From the human T2T-CHM13v2.0 reference genome, Homo sapiens, in assembly GCF_009914755.1 (NCBI RefSeq), contig NC_060938.1: a DNA stretch of 64,000 nt; one strand, 5' to 3'. Below are positions 61,501 to 64,000 of this stretch, piece after piece. The notes beneath the pieces were generated by a model, which was given only the letters and a program-made list of their open reading frames with translations, was not told the DNA's origin and did no database searches. A program made the position numbers and the translations under genes. Within the stretch, counting starts at the first letter, position 1; every line of letters begins with the position of its first letter.

Positions 61501-64000
61501 GGAGGTGAATGCTCTTTGAGTCCTTTGTCCTGTCTCTTTGGTTCAGCTGCAAGCATAGTAATAATCCTATTAATAGTTGTCATTTATTTGTCTAATGATA
61601 TTAGGCACTTAAAATCATAGCATGTGATTTGGATCAGTAAATGAGAGCAATCTATAATAATAATTAATAATTAGGATTATAAGTTATTAAGTACATTTTC
61701 TGTGCCAGGCATTTTATATACATGATCAGCAATTCTCACAGCAACCCTGAATGATGGATATTATTGTCCTCATGTTTAGATGAGGACATTGAGACCCCAA
61801 GAAGTAAAAGTAACTTGCCCACGGCTGGTGAGGGGCAGAGGTAGTATTTGTGTTTCACTGTGTCTCTAAATAGCTGGCTGCAGGGGGGCAGAAAGGGAGA
61901 AGTAAGGTGGGCTTTGAGACTTTTCACATGGAAACCCCAAAGGTGTTGGAGAAAGGGCTCTGGGTGGTCCTTCGGCTCCCCATCCCACCATGTACTCACT
62001 TGTAACAGCCATCATGGGCAACATCCCCTTGGAGTATGACCTGGGGACACTCGATCAGCGAGTGGGCAGGGAGGCAATGTAGATATAAACAACTCATGAA
62101 GATGGCTGCTGCCTGACACTGACTTGGGCCAAAATCTGCCAGATTTAAGCTGAGATAATTCACCATAATCTAAAATGTTCTTCAGGCATCACTGCGGCAC
62201 AGTGATGCTGTTTTTGAGGTGCTGTCTGTGAATACCTTCTAGAAGAGTCTCCATGACTAGCTCAGCAGCTAAACCTCCCCAGAGAGGAACAGAACAGACC
62301 CTCTGATTCCAGTTGGCCAAGGCAGACCACAGACCTGGGCTCTGCCCACAGCACGTACCTGTCAGTGTCACCCTCACCCATGGCCACCTGGGCAGGAAAC
62401 GTCAGAGGACTCCTGGAGCCATGCCAAACTCAGAGTCCGTCCCTGCCCCACTCTCCATCGTGAACTCACAGCCTCCAGCCTCCTCTGCCCCAGGCCAGCG
62501 CCTTATCATGGTTTTTAGTCAGAAGACAAGAGCCACATGAGAGCCCTGTGGCCATGCTGAAAGGGTGGGTGATGGGTTCGGAGCTGGGGAGCTGGCAGAG
62601 TCCAACCTTGGGGACTTTCCAGCCCTGTCGACAAGCTGTGTAGATAACACAGCCCAACAGCGAGAGGGGAGCGAGATGCTTCACCATGTGGTGGGGATGC
62701 CTGGCCCTAGTCCTGCTCTGGCAGTTGCCAGCTGTGTGGCTCTGGGGAGGACTGAGTGATACCAGTCCTGGTGCCTGTAAGGCACCTGGCCCAGTGTGCA
62801 CACGCCAGCTGCCGTTTTAACTTCTGCCTCCGTACTGTGGACTTGAACCACTCTCTCTTTAGTTTATAATCTTGCATTCGCCTCCTCTTGCCCTGGATCT
62901 GTAAGTTTCATCTCTTCTGGGGTCAGGCAATCCCTTCTGATTCTCTTTCACAGTAAACACACATGGTGGACAGACTCCCAGGTCTAGGTGGAGCCTGAGA
63001 CCAGGAGACAGAAGCACAAAACCAGCTGCGGGTGGGGTGAGTGGAGCGTGGTCCTCAGTGAGCGTCCTGTTGGGTGCTTTCCTCTGCAGCTTCTCCATAC
63101 ATCTTACAACCAGAGAGGCAGGGCCTTGGTTTCATTTTTTGTTTCTGCTGGGTGGTGGCAGGTGTTGCCACCCCCATTTATGGACAAGAACACGGAGGCT
63201 CAGAGAAACCATACAATCACCCAGGGTCCCAGGGCTAGTAACTGGCTGCTCAGGGCCGTCTGAGGGCCCAGAAAGAAATACAGTTTGTGAGCCTGTCCCC
63301 AGCTGGAGGATCTCCCTCTGAGAGCTCCTGCCTTTTTTTTTTTTCTTTCTCTCTTGGAATGTGAGGATGGAGAACAGGGTCCATGTCCGAACAAAGTGAG
63401 AAAACCTAGAAATAGCTATGGGCTAGGTGTGAAAGAGCTGATTCAATGCAGAGAAGCATCGAAGGACAGCCTAGTTGAAGCCAGCAACCAGGATGTTTCA
63501 TGCCAGTCACCCTAGGCAGAGATCAGTGGGGGCTAGGGGCATCAAAATAGTAAGGGGAGAAAGTAACTATCAGTAGAGTAAAAATATATATGTTGTACTG
63601 TGGCCCTGACCCGCGTAGACCTGCACCCTCCAACAAGAAGTCTACCCTTACTATAGGCAAGGGTCTTCTATTTTATTTTCTTCTGTTTCATTCTGGAAAA
63701 AGAAATTTTGGGTGGCATTCGCAGTAATGGGTCATGACGTGCAGTCTGAAAAACACTGCCCTTCCTTCCTGTGCCATCCCTGATACCTAAAGATGGGGCA
63801 GCCCTGCCATGTGGCTGTGCTTCTAACCAGTGACCTGGGTGTGTGTCCCCTGCACGTGCAACACAAAGAGAGCACTTTCCCAGTGTGGACAGAAATCTGC
63901 AGTTTGGTTGCAATTTAGGAGGGCTCCAGCCTCAGCTCCCACCCTGGCTCAGGGCCAGGGGTCAAAGTTTGCCTTCCCAGGGGCACCACTGGCTCCTGCT

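Overview
Human (primate) genomic DNA containing the 5' part of RIN3 (Ras and Rab interactor 3) on the + strand. It holds a CpG-island promoter (~4950-6470), coding exon 1 (5517-5560), a 43.9-kb intron 1, coding exon 2 (49463-49667) and the start of intron 2. The spliced exons read MIRHAGAPARGDPTGPVPVVGKGEEEEEEDGMRLCLPANPKNCLPHRRGISILEKLIKTCPVWLQLSLGQAEVARILHRVVAG. The rest is repeat-rich: about 28 Alus, L1, MIR, MaLR LTRs, Tigger1, MER82, MER20 and a solo MER41B LTR. Repeat subfamily calls are by eye from remembered consensus sequences. The most striking feature is a 2.57-kb G-free AT-rich minisatellite (38557-41126) grown inside an AluJ tail. Its 26-bp unit is a fold-back palindrome that also carries TATAAAA, AATAAA and a GATA site. 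Other highlights are a 211-bp inverted duplication just upstream of exon 2, a uORF in the RIN3 5' leader, an intact GAS motif in MER41B, a 43-nt orphan poly(A) retro-insertion with a TSD, and several template-switch scars. No other protein-coding gene is supported.
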